IMG/VR virus record: IMGVR_UViG_3300032893_002794
Length of the DNA stretch: 64,000 bases
Direction: 5' to 3' (one strand)
From: an uncultured virus (IMG/VR IMGVR_UViG_3300032893_002794)
Lineage: Duplodnaviria > Heunggongvirae > Uroviricota > Caudoviricetes
Shown: positions 57,501 to 64,000 of the stretch, piece after piece
How the letters are laid out: each line of letters starts with the position of its first letter
Position numbering within the stretch: position 1 is the stretch's first letter
Translations under genes and position numbers: made by a program
Notes under the pieces: model-generated
What the model was told of the DNA's origin: nothing
The model's database searches: none
The model's input: only the letters and a program-made list of their open reading frames with translations

Positions 57501-59289
57501 CTGCCGCATAGGACTGGGCGAGCGTGGGGGTGACGGGCGCAGCGTCGTCGAGCTGGAGCCTCGCGCCCGTGGCGTTCGTCCAGTAGAGGTGGGAGGCGTC
57601 CGCCTCGACGGCGCCCGGCTCTGGGACCGTCAGGACGACGCCCGAGGGGACCTTGAGTGGTGCTGTGCCGGCTGCCGCCGTGCCCGCGGCCGCGTGTACC
57701 CTGGCAGTAGCTGTCACGACCCCCGCGGCAATGGACCCCGTGACCTGCTCGGAGCCCTTCACGGTGAGCGCGTACGCGCCGGTGAAGGATACGCTAGTGC
57801 CGTCGACGACGAGCCCTCCGCCCTTCGCGTCGAGGAGCGCGAGCGTCTGGTCGGCTGCGACTGACCCGGCGGCGTAGGCCTGGGCGAGCGTCGGCACTAC
57901 TGGCGCGGAGTTGTCGAGCTGGAGCCTGGCGCCAGCGGCGCTCGTCCAGTAGAGGTGGGAGGCGTCTGCCTCGACGGCTCCTGGCTCGGGAGTCGTCAGG
58001 ACGACGCCTGACGGTACCTTGAGCGGCGCCGTCCCGGCCGTCGCAGTGCCGGCTGCCGCGTGCACCCTGGCGGTCGCCGTGACTACACCCACCGCGAGCG
58101 ACTTCGTGACCTGCTCGGAGCCCTTCACGGTGAGCGCGTACGCGCCGGTGAAGGACGCGCTCGTGCCGTCGACGACGAGGCCCCCGCCCTTCGCGTCGAG
58201 GAGCGCGAGCGTCTGGTCGGCTGCGACTGACCCAGCGGCGTAGGCCTGGGCCAAAGTCAGCACCGCGAAAGCTGGATTGTCGAGCTGGAGCCTCGCGCCC
58301 GCGGCATTCGTCCAGTAGAGGTGGGACGCGTCCGCCTCGACGGCTCCCGGCTCTGGCACTGTCAAGACCACACCCGAGGGGATCTTGAGCGGGGACGTGC
58401 CGACTGCCGCCGTGCCGGCAGCGGCGTGTATCCTAGCCGTCGCCGTGACTACCCCCACGGCGAGCGACCCCGTGATCTGCTCGCTGCCTTCCACGGCGAA
58501 CGCGTATGCTCCAGTGAACGAGGGGCTAGTGCCATCGACGACTACGGTTCCGCCCTTCGAGTCGAGCAAGACCATCGTCTGGTCTGCGGCCGCAGCGCCT
58601 GCTGCGTAAGTCTCGGCGAGCGTGGAGGTAGTGGGCCCGGGAGAAGAGCTCGGCACGCGACCTCCTACTGTTACGACAGTGGGAGCCGTGATGATGTTAA
58701 CCACGTCGAGCCGCAGGTACCTGACGTTGTTTGGCGTGGAGAGGGGCCCGAGCTCGAGCACCGCGGGGGCGTTGTCGGGGAGGGCGTCGATCCTGAAGGT
58801 GCCGATCGGATTGAATCTCGTGCCGTCCATGCTGCCGAGCACGACTACGGGACCGCGGAAGCCGCCGCGGCAGAGAAAACACACCTCCTCCTCGATGCCA
58901 GTCGGCGGGAAGAGAGCCCAGGTGTCCACGATCGGAGTGAGACCCGTAAAGCCCGCCCCGAGGCTCGCCACCGTCGCGAAGTCGTTCTCGCCGGGGGCGC
59001 TGACCGCGGTGACCTCGCAAGCGACAGCAGTCAGCGGTGTGGCGCTGACGTTCCGCAGTCGGAACGACTTGAACGCTCCCGAGACGGTTTGCTTGAGTCC
59101 CTCGGGATCGCCGGTGCTGAAGCTGACGATGGGGACGAACGTCAGGTCGTCTTGGCTCGCCAGGAGGTCGTAGCTGCCCTCGAAGGTGCCCGACAGCTGG
59201 ACTGTCTTCTCGCCGACCAGGTCGGCCGCGCTCGATACCGGGCCGAGTCCGGAGGCTGGGACAACTATGCTGACGGTAGCGTTGCCCAA
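54574..59289 (-). CDS. long fibre/spike protein with tandem repeats
   Basis: TTG start with AGGAG RBS aligns with the paralog start; AGTAxxGTAPLK.PSG..LT.PEPGAVEAD repeats; GTVAAPSLSF.SD..TGIY fibre motif; C-terminal NNITLVRSGSDKIN domain. Confidence 0.8.
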   Translation of the reverse strand: MGNATVSIVVPASGLGPVSSAADLVGEKTVQLSGTFEGSYDLLASQDDLTFVPIVSFSTGDPEGLKQTVSGAFKSFRLRNVSATPLTAVACEVTAVSAPGENDFATVASLGAGFTGLTPIVDTWALFPPTGIEEEVCFLCRGGFRGPVVVLGSMDGTRFNPIGTFRIDALPDNAPAVLELGPLSTPNNVRYLRLDVVNIITAPTVVTVGGRVPSSSPGPTTSTLAETYAAGAAAADQTMVLLDSKGGTVVVDGTSPSFTGAYAFAVEGSEQITGSLAVGVVTATARIHAAAGTAAVGTSPLKIPSGVVLTVPEPGAVEADASHLYWTNAAGARLQLDNPAFAVLTLAQAYAAGSVAADQTLALLDAKGGGLVVDGTSASFTGAYALTVKGSEQVTKSLAVGVVTATARVHAAAGTATAGTAPLKVPSGVVLTTPEPGAVEADASHLYWTSAAGARLQLDNSAPVVPTLAQAYAAGSVAADQTLALLDAKGGGLVVDGTSVSFTGAYALTVKGSEQVTGSIAAGVVTATARVHAAAGTAAAGTAPLKVPSGVVLTVPEPGAVEADASHLYWTNATGARLQLDDAAPVTPTLAQSYAAGSVAADQTLALLDAKGGGLVVDGTSVSFTGAYALTVKGSEQVTGSIAAGVVTATARVHAAAGTAAAGTAPLKVPSGVVLTVPEPGAVEADASHLYWTNAAGARLQLDDAAPVTPTLAQSYAAGSVAADQTLALLDAKGGGLVVDGTSVSFTGAYALTVKGSEQVTGSIAAGVVTATARVHAAAGTAAAGTAPLKVPSGVVLTVPEPGAVEADASHLYWTNAAGARLQLDDAAPVTPTLAQSYAAGSVAADQTLALLDAKGGGLVVDGTSPSFTGAYALAVRGNSFLGGTISGVTTDITGTATVELAISVPDSGGADADGGGLDLYAGNGGSGGTGNHDGGSISINPGSASGSGNNGKVTIEGDAQILGNLNLSGDLTGVFHIYGSATLGFTIENPSAGTYDIDGASITLRSGDAGSGGTGNHNGGSVYLTPGAGHGTGHAGSIIAQGSVQIGGTLTGVTSAITGTKATALTISVPTRGTDDGDGVGITIAGDAGGSGGTGNHAGGNITLTPGAGHGSGAAGNIVLAGTSFTSTQFTALGTLSGAGTTGSGAIVLANGPAFTAGFTMAGTIVGVTTAITGTKNNLLTISVPTQGTADADGVGIIIASDAGGSGGAGNHTGGSVTVNLGAGHGSGVPGSLTVNSTVAPTSGSTPYTECTFAYTINQTGGANGTVTGIMVSATETALVGSHYLLDMQLGAAERFRVDRVGVVSLVNGTVAAPSLSFFSDAATGIYHTGTGSTGKLGIIANGGTVLAANQYGVGISRSNSGSSGTVPTIGHVFTVDPGETLNASPSLSWQGFYVVGSTLQLTGSSNPTNLRMAEFDSPNISAANTCVIADYSNVLIRAATFDTLASATRNWALDVQGNTRLAGGQAINATYVNSAGPYTVLDTDYALEVHYTATGSISINLPAISGMAAGNPRVLISIDSGYNCAANNITLVRSGSDKINNVAANYVQNVNGSAIWLKANTTTSNWEIL
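56660..58625 (-). repeat. coding tandem repeat, 366-bp (122-aa) unit, 5 full copies plus 1 partial (ends approximate)
   Basis: anchor GTCGAG recurs at 56731, 57097, 57463, 57829, 58195, 58561. Confidence 0.95.
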
Positions 59290-59300
59290 CAGGACATCTC

Positions 59301-62300
59301 CTAGACTTCCTCGACCGTGATGTAGGACCCTCGTATCCCGAGGCTCGTGGGGACAGCGTTCGCCACCTGCTGGGCGAACTGCACCTGCAGTCCGTCGTCG
59401 AACGTCTCGCAGTCGATCACCCCCTCGAGGTCGACCCACCCTGCTGTGGGGCCGACCGCGTAGAAGGGAGACGCTCCTATCACGGCCTGGAATGGAGTCA
59501 CGGAGGCGGTCGGGGTCTGCCCGACGATGACTGCGGTAAAGAACCTGGACGACGACGACAGCAGCCACTGGACCTTGATGCCTGCGGCTGCGTCAGCGCT
59601 GAACGTCAGGTGCGCCTTGACCTTGTACTTGTGGCCGGCCAGGAGGGGGACCGAGTACATCGTGACGAAGTCGGTGTTCGGAGCGTCGACGGTGCCCGAG
59701 TCTGTGCCGGCAACGGCCCTGCGGGTCCCGTCGCCTGGTTGGAAGGAGATCTCCCTGTAGACCCCGCTCCAGTTTGTCGACAGGGGAGTGACGTTGCCGA
59801 CTATCACCGAGATGGTGGGATCTGGTAGCGGGGACACGAGCCCGTCGGTGCCGACGAGGTACATCGACACGCCGCCGCCGGTCAGGGGTACGGAGTCTGC
59901 CTGCTGGACCAGCATGATCCCGTCCGACCCGAACACGACGTACGGGTTCGCGGGATCCATGTTGGACAGCGTGACGCCCACGATCTTCCCAGTTTGAGTG
60001 AAGACTCCCTGCGCGGTCGCCTTAGAGAGTCGGTAGTCTGTGGGAGTGTCCTCGCTCAAGTGGCCGAACACGACTACGCCCGGGTCTAGGGGAGACGATG
60101 ACTCGTCGGTGTAGAAAATTCCCACGCGCCCCCTCGGGCACAGCAGCTTCCCCTGCGGGTAGTTGGTCGACGCTTTCGCGCATATGATCTTGATCCCTCC
60201 CTCGAGCTCGAAGCCCGTCTGGGCCAGGGAGTCGTACGTGACGAGCACGTACTTAGTGTCGTCGGTGTCGTCGAACCCCACTTGGACGCCGGTGCCGACG
60301 TGGTTGGTGTTCATGTCGAAGCTCGCCGTGTACACTCCAGATCTGAGGACGATCCCGGGATCTGTCAGGGGGTCGGACCCGTAGAGGTACTGGCAGAGGC
60401 CGACGTGCACTTCGATCTCGTGGGTGGGCTGGTTCTGCGGACCGCGGGGCGTGAAGGTGGCAGTCCCCGCTCCCCAGTAGGGGACGTACTTGAGCTGCGA
60501 CACCGTGCTGTACCCGCAGCTGTCTATCTTGACGGGGCCGCAGATCACGCTGTCGAGCGTGAAGCTGTTAGGAGTGTCGTCTCGGACGTCGGCCACCACG
60601 CGCTGGACGGACGTGCGCCGCAGGCTCACCGTGCCTCCGCTGAAGGTGGTGCCGTAGTTGGCCTGAGACGAGGTCGCGGCGAACGTGCTCGAGTCGATGC
60701 TGAGGCTGCCGTCAGAGCCGCACGCCACGACACCGTCGTCGCCGCTGTAGGCGAGCCCCAGGCTCGAGAACAGCCCCGTGGTGCCGGTCTCGTCCGTGAA
60801 GCTACCCGAGAAGTCGACGCTGCCGCAGAAGCTCGGCTGCAGGGTTCCGCCGACGGCTTTGTCGACGAAGATGCCCGAGTACTTGACTGCCGACCCGTCG
60901 GTGCTGGCGCCGAAGCCGAACACCCCCGTGATCCGGAACCCCACGGCGCTCGAGGGGCCGTAGAAGTCTGGATCGCGCGAGAAGTCCTGGGCCTCGGCGG
61001 AGTCGTGCAGCGTGACTCCGGGGGTCTCGATCCACACCTTATCTCCGGGAGATACGGCTCCCGGAACGAAGTAGGCGACCACCTTGGTGGGGTCGGGCGT
61101 CGCGGAAGGGTCTCCCCAGGCCACGGGTGCGTAGAGGGTGCCGGAGATCGCGGACGCGATCCGGAGCCTGTAGCGGGCGAGGACGTATCCGGCTGGCAGG
61201 GACGCCCCGGTGAGCTGCAGGACCACTCCCAGCAGGGTGTAGCTCGCGCCGGCGACCGTGAAAGAGCCGTCGACGTTCGGTCCCGGGATGGCCGTGACGA
61301 AGCCGATTTGCTTCCGGTCCGCGGCCGTGTTGGTGAGGTCGCTGCCCCGCGAGATCATGAGGGCGTAGCCTGAGGTCCCTGACCTGTCGTCCGAGCCGAG
61401 CCCGTCGCCCGGGGTCGCGTAGTCGTAGGGGGCGTTCCCGTCCCGCGGCTCGAACAGCACGACGACTCGTCGCGAGTCGCCGAGGGGCGGGCGCAGCTCC
61501 GCGATGCGGTGGGTGGTCCGCAGGGCGATCGACCGGGCGTACGCGACGGTGAAGGTGGTCCCGGCCGGGGCGTCGACGTAGCCGACGTTGGCGTCGTCGC
61601 CGTGGTCGCCGGAGAGTAATATGTATCTCACGGCGTTCTCGGACCAGTCGGCGACGGGCAGAGCCTCGTTGTCGAGGCGGAGCCTAGCTCCTCCAGCGTC
61701 GGTCCAGAAGATGTGGTCATGGTCCGCCTCGACGGCTCCAGGCTCCGGCGTCGTCAGGACCACGCCCGACGGGATCTTGAGCGGGGCCGTGCCGGCAGCC
61801 GCGGTTCCCGCTGCGACATCGACCCTCGCGGTGGGGGTCGCGGGGCCCACGGCGAGCGACGTGGAGATCTGCTCGCTGCCCCGCACGACGAGCGCGCAGG
61901 CGCCCGTGAAGGAGGGGCTCGTGCCGTCGACGACGACGGCTCCCCCTCGGGCGTCGGTGAGAGACATCGTCTGGTCGGCAGCTGCGGCGCCGTTGTCGTA
62001 GGTCTCGGCCAAGGTCTCGCCGGTCGGACCGGGCGAGCTGCTCGGGACGCGCCCGCCGACTGTGACGACGGTGGGAGCTGTCGTGACTCCGGCGACATCG
62101 AGCCGCAGGTACCTGACGTTGTCCTGCGTGGGCAGGGGACCGAGCTCGAGCACTGCGGGTGCGTTGTCGGGGAGAGCGTCGATCCTGAAGGTGCCTATGG
62201 GGTTGAAGGCAGCACCGTCCATGCTGCCGAGCACGACGACGGGACCGCGGAAGCCGCCGCGGCACAGGTAGCAGATCTCCACCTCGACGCCGGTGGGTGG

Positions 62301-62681
62301 AAAGAGCGACCAGGTGTCGACGATCGGAGTGAGACCCGTGAAGCCTGCCCCGAGGCTAGCTACCGTCGTGAAGTGGTTCTCGCCGGCGGCGCTTTGGGCG
62401 GTGACCTCGCACGCGACCACCGTCGCGGGGGTGGCGTTCACGTTGCGCAGCTTGAACGCGCTGAAGGCTCCCGACACGGTCTGCTTGAGGCCTTCGGGGT
62501 CGCCGGTGTTGAAGCTGACGATGGGATCGTAGGTGATGCCGTCCTGGGTCGCCAGGAGGTCGTAGCTGCCCTCGAAGGTACCCGACAGCTGGACCGTCTT
62601 CGGACCGACGAGGTGGGAGACGTCGGCCGCGGCGCCTGTGCCCGTCGCTGGTACTGGTACTTGCACTGTGGCGTTGCTCAT
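59301..62681 (-). CDS. second fibre/spike protein (paralogous N-terminus, different C-terminus)
   Basis: first ~340 aa highly similar to 54574-59289, including one repeat unit. Confidence 0.8.
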   Translation of the reverse strand: MSNATVQVPVPATGTGAAADVSHLVGPKTVQLSGTFEGSYDLLATQDGITYDPIVSFNTGDPEGLKQTVSGAFSAFKLRNVNATPATVVACEVTAQSAAGENHFTTVASLGAGFTGLTPIVDTWSLFPPTGVEVEICYLCRGGFRGPVVVLGSMDGAAFNPIGTFRIDALPDNAPAVLELGPLPTQDNVRYLRLDVAGVTTAPTVVTVGGRVPSSSPGPTGETLAETYDNGAAAADQTMSLTDARGGAVVVDGTSPSFTGACALVVRGSEQISTSLAVGPATPTARVDVAAGTAAAGTAPLKIPSGVVLTTPEPGAVEADHDHIFWTDAGGARLRLDNEALPVADWSENAVRYILLSGDHGDDANVGYVDAPAGTTFTVAYARSIALRTTHRIAELRPPLGDSRRVVVLFEPRDGNAPYDYATPGDGLGSDDRSGTSGYALMISRGSDLTNTAADRKQIGFVTAIPGPNVDGSFTVAGASYTLLGVVLQLTGASLPAGYVLARYRLRIASAISGTLYAPVAWGDPSATPDPTKVVAYFVPGAVSPGDKVWIETPGVTLHDSAEAQDFSRDPDFYGPSSAVGFRITGVFGFGASTDGSAVKYSGIFVDKAVGGTLQPSFCGSVDFSGSFTDETGTTGLFSSLGLAYSGDDGVVACGSDGSLSIDSSTFAATSSQANYGTTFSGGTVSLRRTSVQRVVADVRDDTPNSFTLDSVICGPVKIDSCGYSTVSQLKYVPYWGAGTATFTPRGPQNQPTHEIEVHVGLCQYLYGSDPLTDPGIVLRSGVYTASFDMNTNHVGTGVQVGFDDTDDTKYVLVTYDSLAQTGFELEGGIKIICAKASTNYPQGKLLCPRGRVGIFYTDESSSPLDPGVVVFGHLSEDTPTDYRLSKATAQGVFTQTGKIVGVTLSNMDPANPYVVFGSDGIMLVQQADSVPLTGGGVSMYLVGTDGLVSPLPDPTISVIVGNVTPLSTNWSGVYREISFQPGDGTRRAVAGTDSGTVDAPNTDFVTMYSVPLLAGHKYKVKAHLTFSADAAAGIKVQWLLSSSSRFFTAVIVGQTPTASVTPFQAVIGASPFYAVGPTAGWVDLEGVIDCETFDDGLQVQFAQQVANAVPTSLGIRGSYITVEEV

Positions 62682-62689
62682 GGTTTCTC

Positions 62690-63652
62690 CTACACGTAGA
62701 TCTCGGAAGGCAGTCCCGGTCCGACGCTCGGTGGCTGGTCGGGCACGTTAACATTTATTGCGGTCGGCACCGCGACCCCGGACGTGATGACGACCTCGCC
62801 GGGCTGCGGCCCGGTGGAGACGTCCGCGTCGACCGTGGCGGCCGCGGGCGGCGCCGCGGCCGGGACGAAATTAGGCGGCGGCGGGGAGATGAAGACGTCG
62901 ACTGTGCCGCCCTCCGTGTTGACCTGCTCGGAGCCCTGCCGGTTGACCGCCACCTCGAAGGTGTCGCCCGACTGGGGGGTCGTGAGGGTCGGCACGTCAC
63001 CGTTGTTGACGGTGGTGTCGTCGCGATTGATGACGACGAAGCTCGAACCGTAGTTCTGTATGGAGCGCGAGGCCCCCTGGTCGGCAGCGGTCAGCGTGTC
63101 GTCGCTGAACGTGATCTGCCTGCCCAGGAGCGAGACCGGGTAGGACGTCAGGCGGGGGGGCGAAGTGACGAGGTAGTACCGAGTGGTGGAGGGGGACGGC
63201 GGGTGGGGCAGGTTGTCGGCGTCGAGCACAATAGTGACCGTCACGGTGACGATCTCGTCCTCGACCAAGTTGGTCTGGAAGGACTCGGCCGGCCCCACCA
63301 CGGTGAAGTCGGACGGCTCGACGAACGTCTTGCCCTTGGCGTGGTCGGCCGGGTCGACCCACACCCACGTGCCCTGCCCGATCACCTGGGAGTCCACGTC
63401 GAACTCCGCTGCCCGCGGCGCGGGGGTGCTCGACGACGGCGCTAGGACGGGGAGCTCGTCGACGAGGAGGTTGCCGAACGTCGGGAAGACCCTCGACTGG
63501 ACGTCGTTTCGCGGCTTCGGGTAGCCCTCGTCGGCCGCGGCCACCAGGTCGTCTGTCTCGAGCGGGACGTCCTCTACCGTGCCGCCGTTGGGCGACGGGT
63601 TGCCGTAGGTCTCGGACTCGACGCTGACTAGACCGGGGTTCGTGACGTCCAT
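62690..63652 (-). CDS. acidic V/T/P-rich putative structural protein
   Basis: 320 aa; MDVTNPGLV. Confidence 0.65.
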   Translation of the reverse strand: MDVTNPGLVSVESETYGNPSPNGGTVEDVPLETDDLVAAADEGYPKPRNDVQSRVFPTFGNLLVDELPVLAPSSSTPAPRAAEFDVDSQVIGQGTWVWVDPADHAKGKTFVEPSDFTVVGPAESFQTNLVEDEIVTVTVTIVLDADNLPHPPSPSTTRYYLVTSPPRLTSYPVSLLGRQITFSDDTLTAADQGASRSIQNYGSSFVVINRDDTTVNNGDVPTLTTPQSGDTFEVAVNRQGSEQVNTEGGTVDVFISPPPPNFVPAAAPPAAATVDADVSTGPQPGEVVITSGVAVPTAINVNVPDQPPSVGPGLPSEIYV

Positions 63653-63660
63653 GCAGATCC

Positions 63661-63885
63661 TTAGAAGAGGTGTTTTTCTTTGCGGTTGAGCCAGACCCAG
63701 GCGATCAGGAACCCGAGACCTGGCAAGATGAATGGATGGTGGTCCAGCCAGGTATCATGTTGCTTGAGCTGGGCTTCGAGCTGGTCACGCGTCTCTTTTT
63801 GCGACTTCAATATCTCGTCGCCGGTGGGACTCGGGCCCGTGGCCCAGTTGCGAATCGTCTTGCCGAAAATTAGGTCGTGTGCCAT
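63661..63885 (-). CDS. small membrane protein with MAHDLIFGKTIRNW leader
   Basis: shared leader, C-terminal TM. Confidence 0.7.
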   Translation of the reverse strand: MAHDLIFGKTIRNWATGPSPTGDEILKSQKETRDQLEAQLKQHDTWLDHHPFILPGLGFLIAWVWLNRKEKHLF

Positions 63886-63886
63886 G

Positions 63887-64000
63887 TCATCCTTCCTTGT
63901 GCCCCGAGTACCCGAGCATGCGGCGCAGCTCCGCCGACTGCGAGCGGGGCAAGAACTTCTTCTCCTCGCGCGACCACCCGATCGCGGCGTCGACGTCGAA
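63887..64000 (-). CDS. 3' end of a gene truncated by the window edge
   Basis: open frame ...FDVDAAIGWSREEKKFLP...GHKEG, stop TGA at 63887-63889. Confidence 0.5.
   Translation of the reverse strand, partial: FDVDAAIGWSREEKKFLPRSQSAELRRMLGYSGHKEG

Noticed and set aside
54574..62681. Diversity-generating retroelement or invertible fibre cassette
   Set aside because: No reverse transcriptase, adenine-specific TR/VR pair, invertase or inverted repeats seen
1..64000. tRNA/rRNA genes, integrase, terminase, portal, polymerase
   Set aside because: None recognisable in this window; intergenic gaps are mostly too small. They may lie elsewhere on the contig.

Overview
High-GC window from what looks like a large virus or provirus. 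From about 8.7 kb to 64 kb almost all genes lie on the minus strand and are tightly overlapping, and no housekeeping, rRNA or tRNA genes are visible. Bases 1-5.9 kb hold a compact type V-M-like CRISPR locus: a 686-aa Cas12m-like effector with a non-canonical RuvC triad (N/D/D), flanked by two arrays of the same 36-nt repeat, and no cas1/cas2/cas4 in the window. The downstream array is canonical (29 repeats). The upstream array is atypical. Its repeats are degenerate but keep their stem and pseudoknot pairing, many spacers are only 10-24 nt, some spacers are duplicated or variant, and some carry an SD+ATG. This suggests an RNA-guided gene-silencing module. After the locus come a Topo VI-A/Spo11-like TOPRIM gene, an ~11-kb modification cluster (six radical SAM proteins, methyltransferase domains, a sulfotransferase, glycosyltransferases), and a long run of small accessory genes (papain-like protease, cyclic-phosphate receiver-like protein, PTP-like phosphatase, M15 peptidase, nucleotidyltransferase). 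A probable virion module follows, with a 1617-aa Ala/Lys/Arg-rich protein, a lysozyme-like protein and two paralogous fibre/spike proteins, one carrying 366-bp tandem repeats. Several unrelated genes share short N-terminal leader modules. All family calls come from motif recognition by eye, with no database search.
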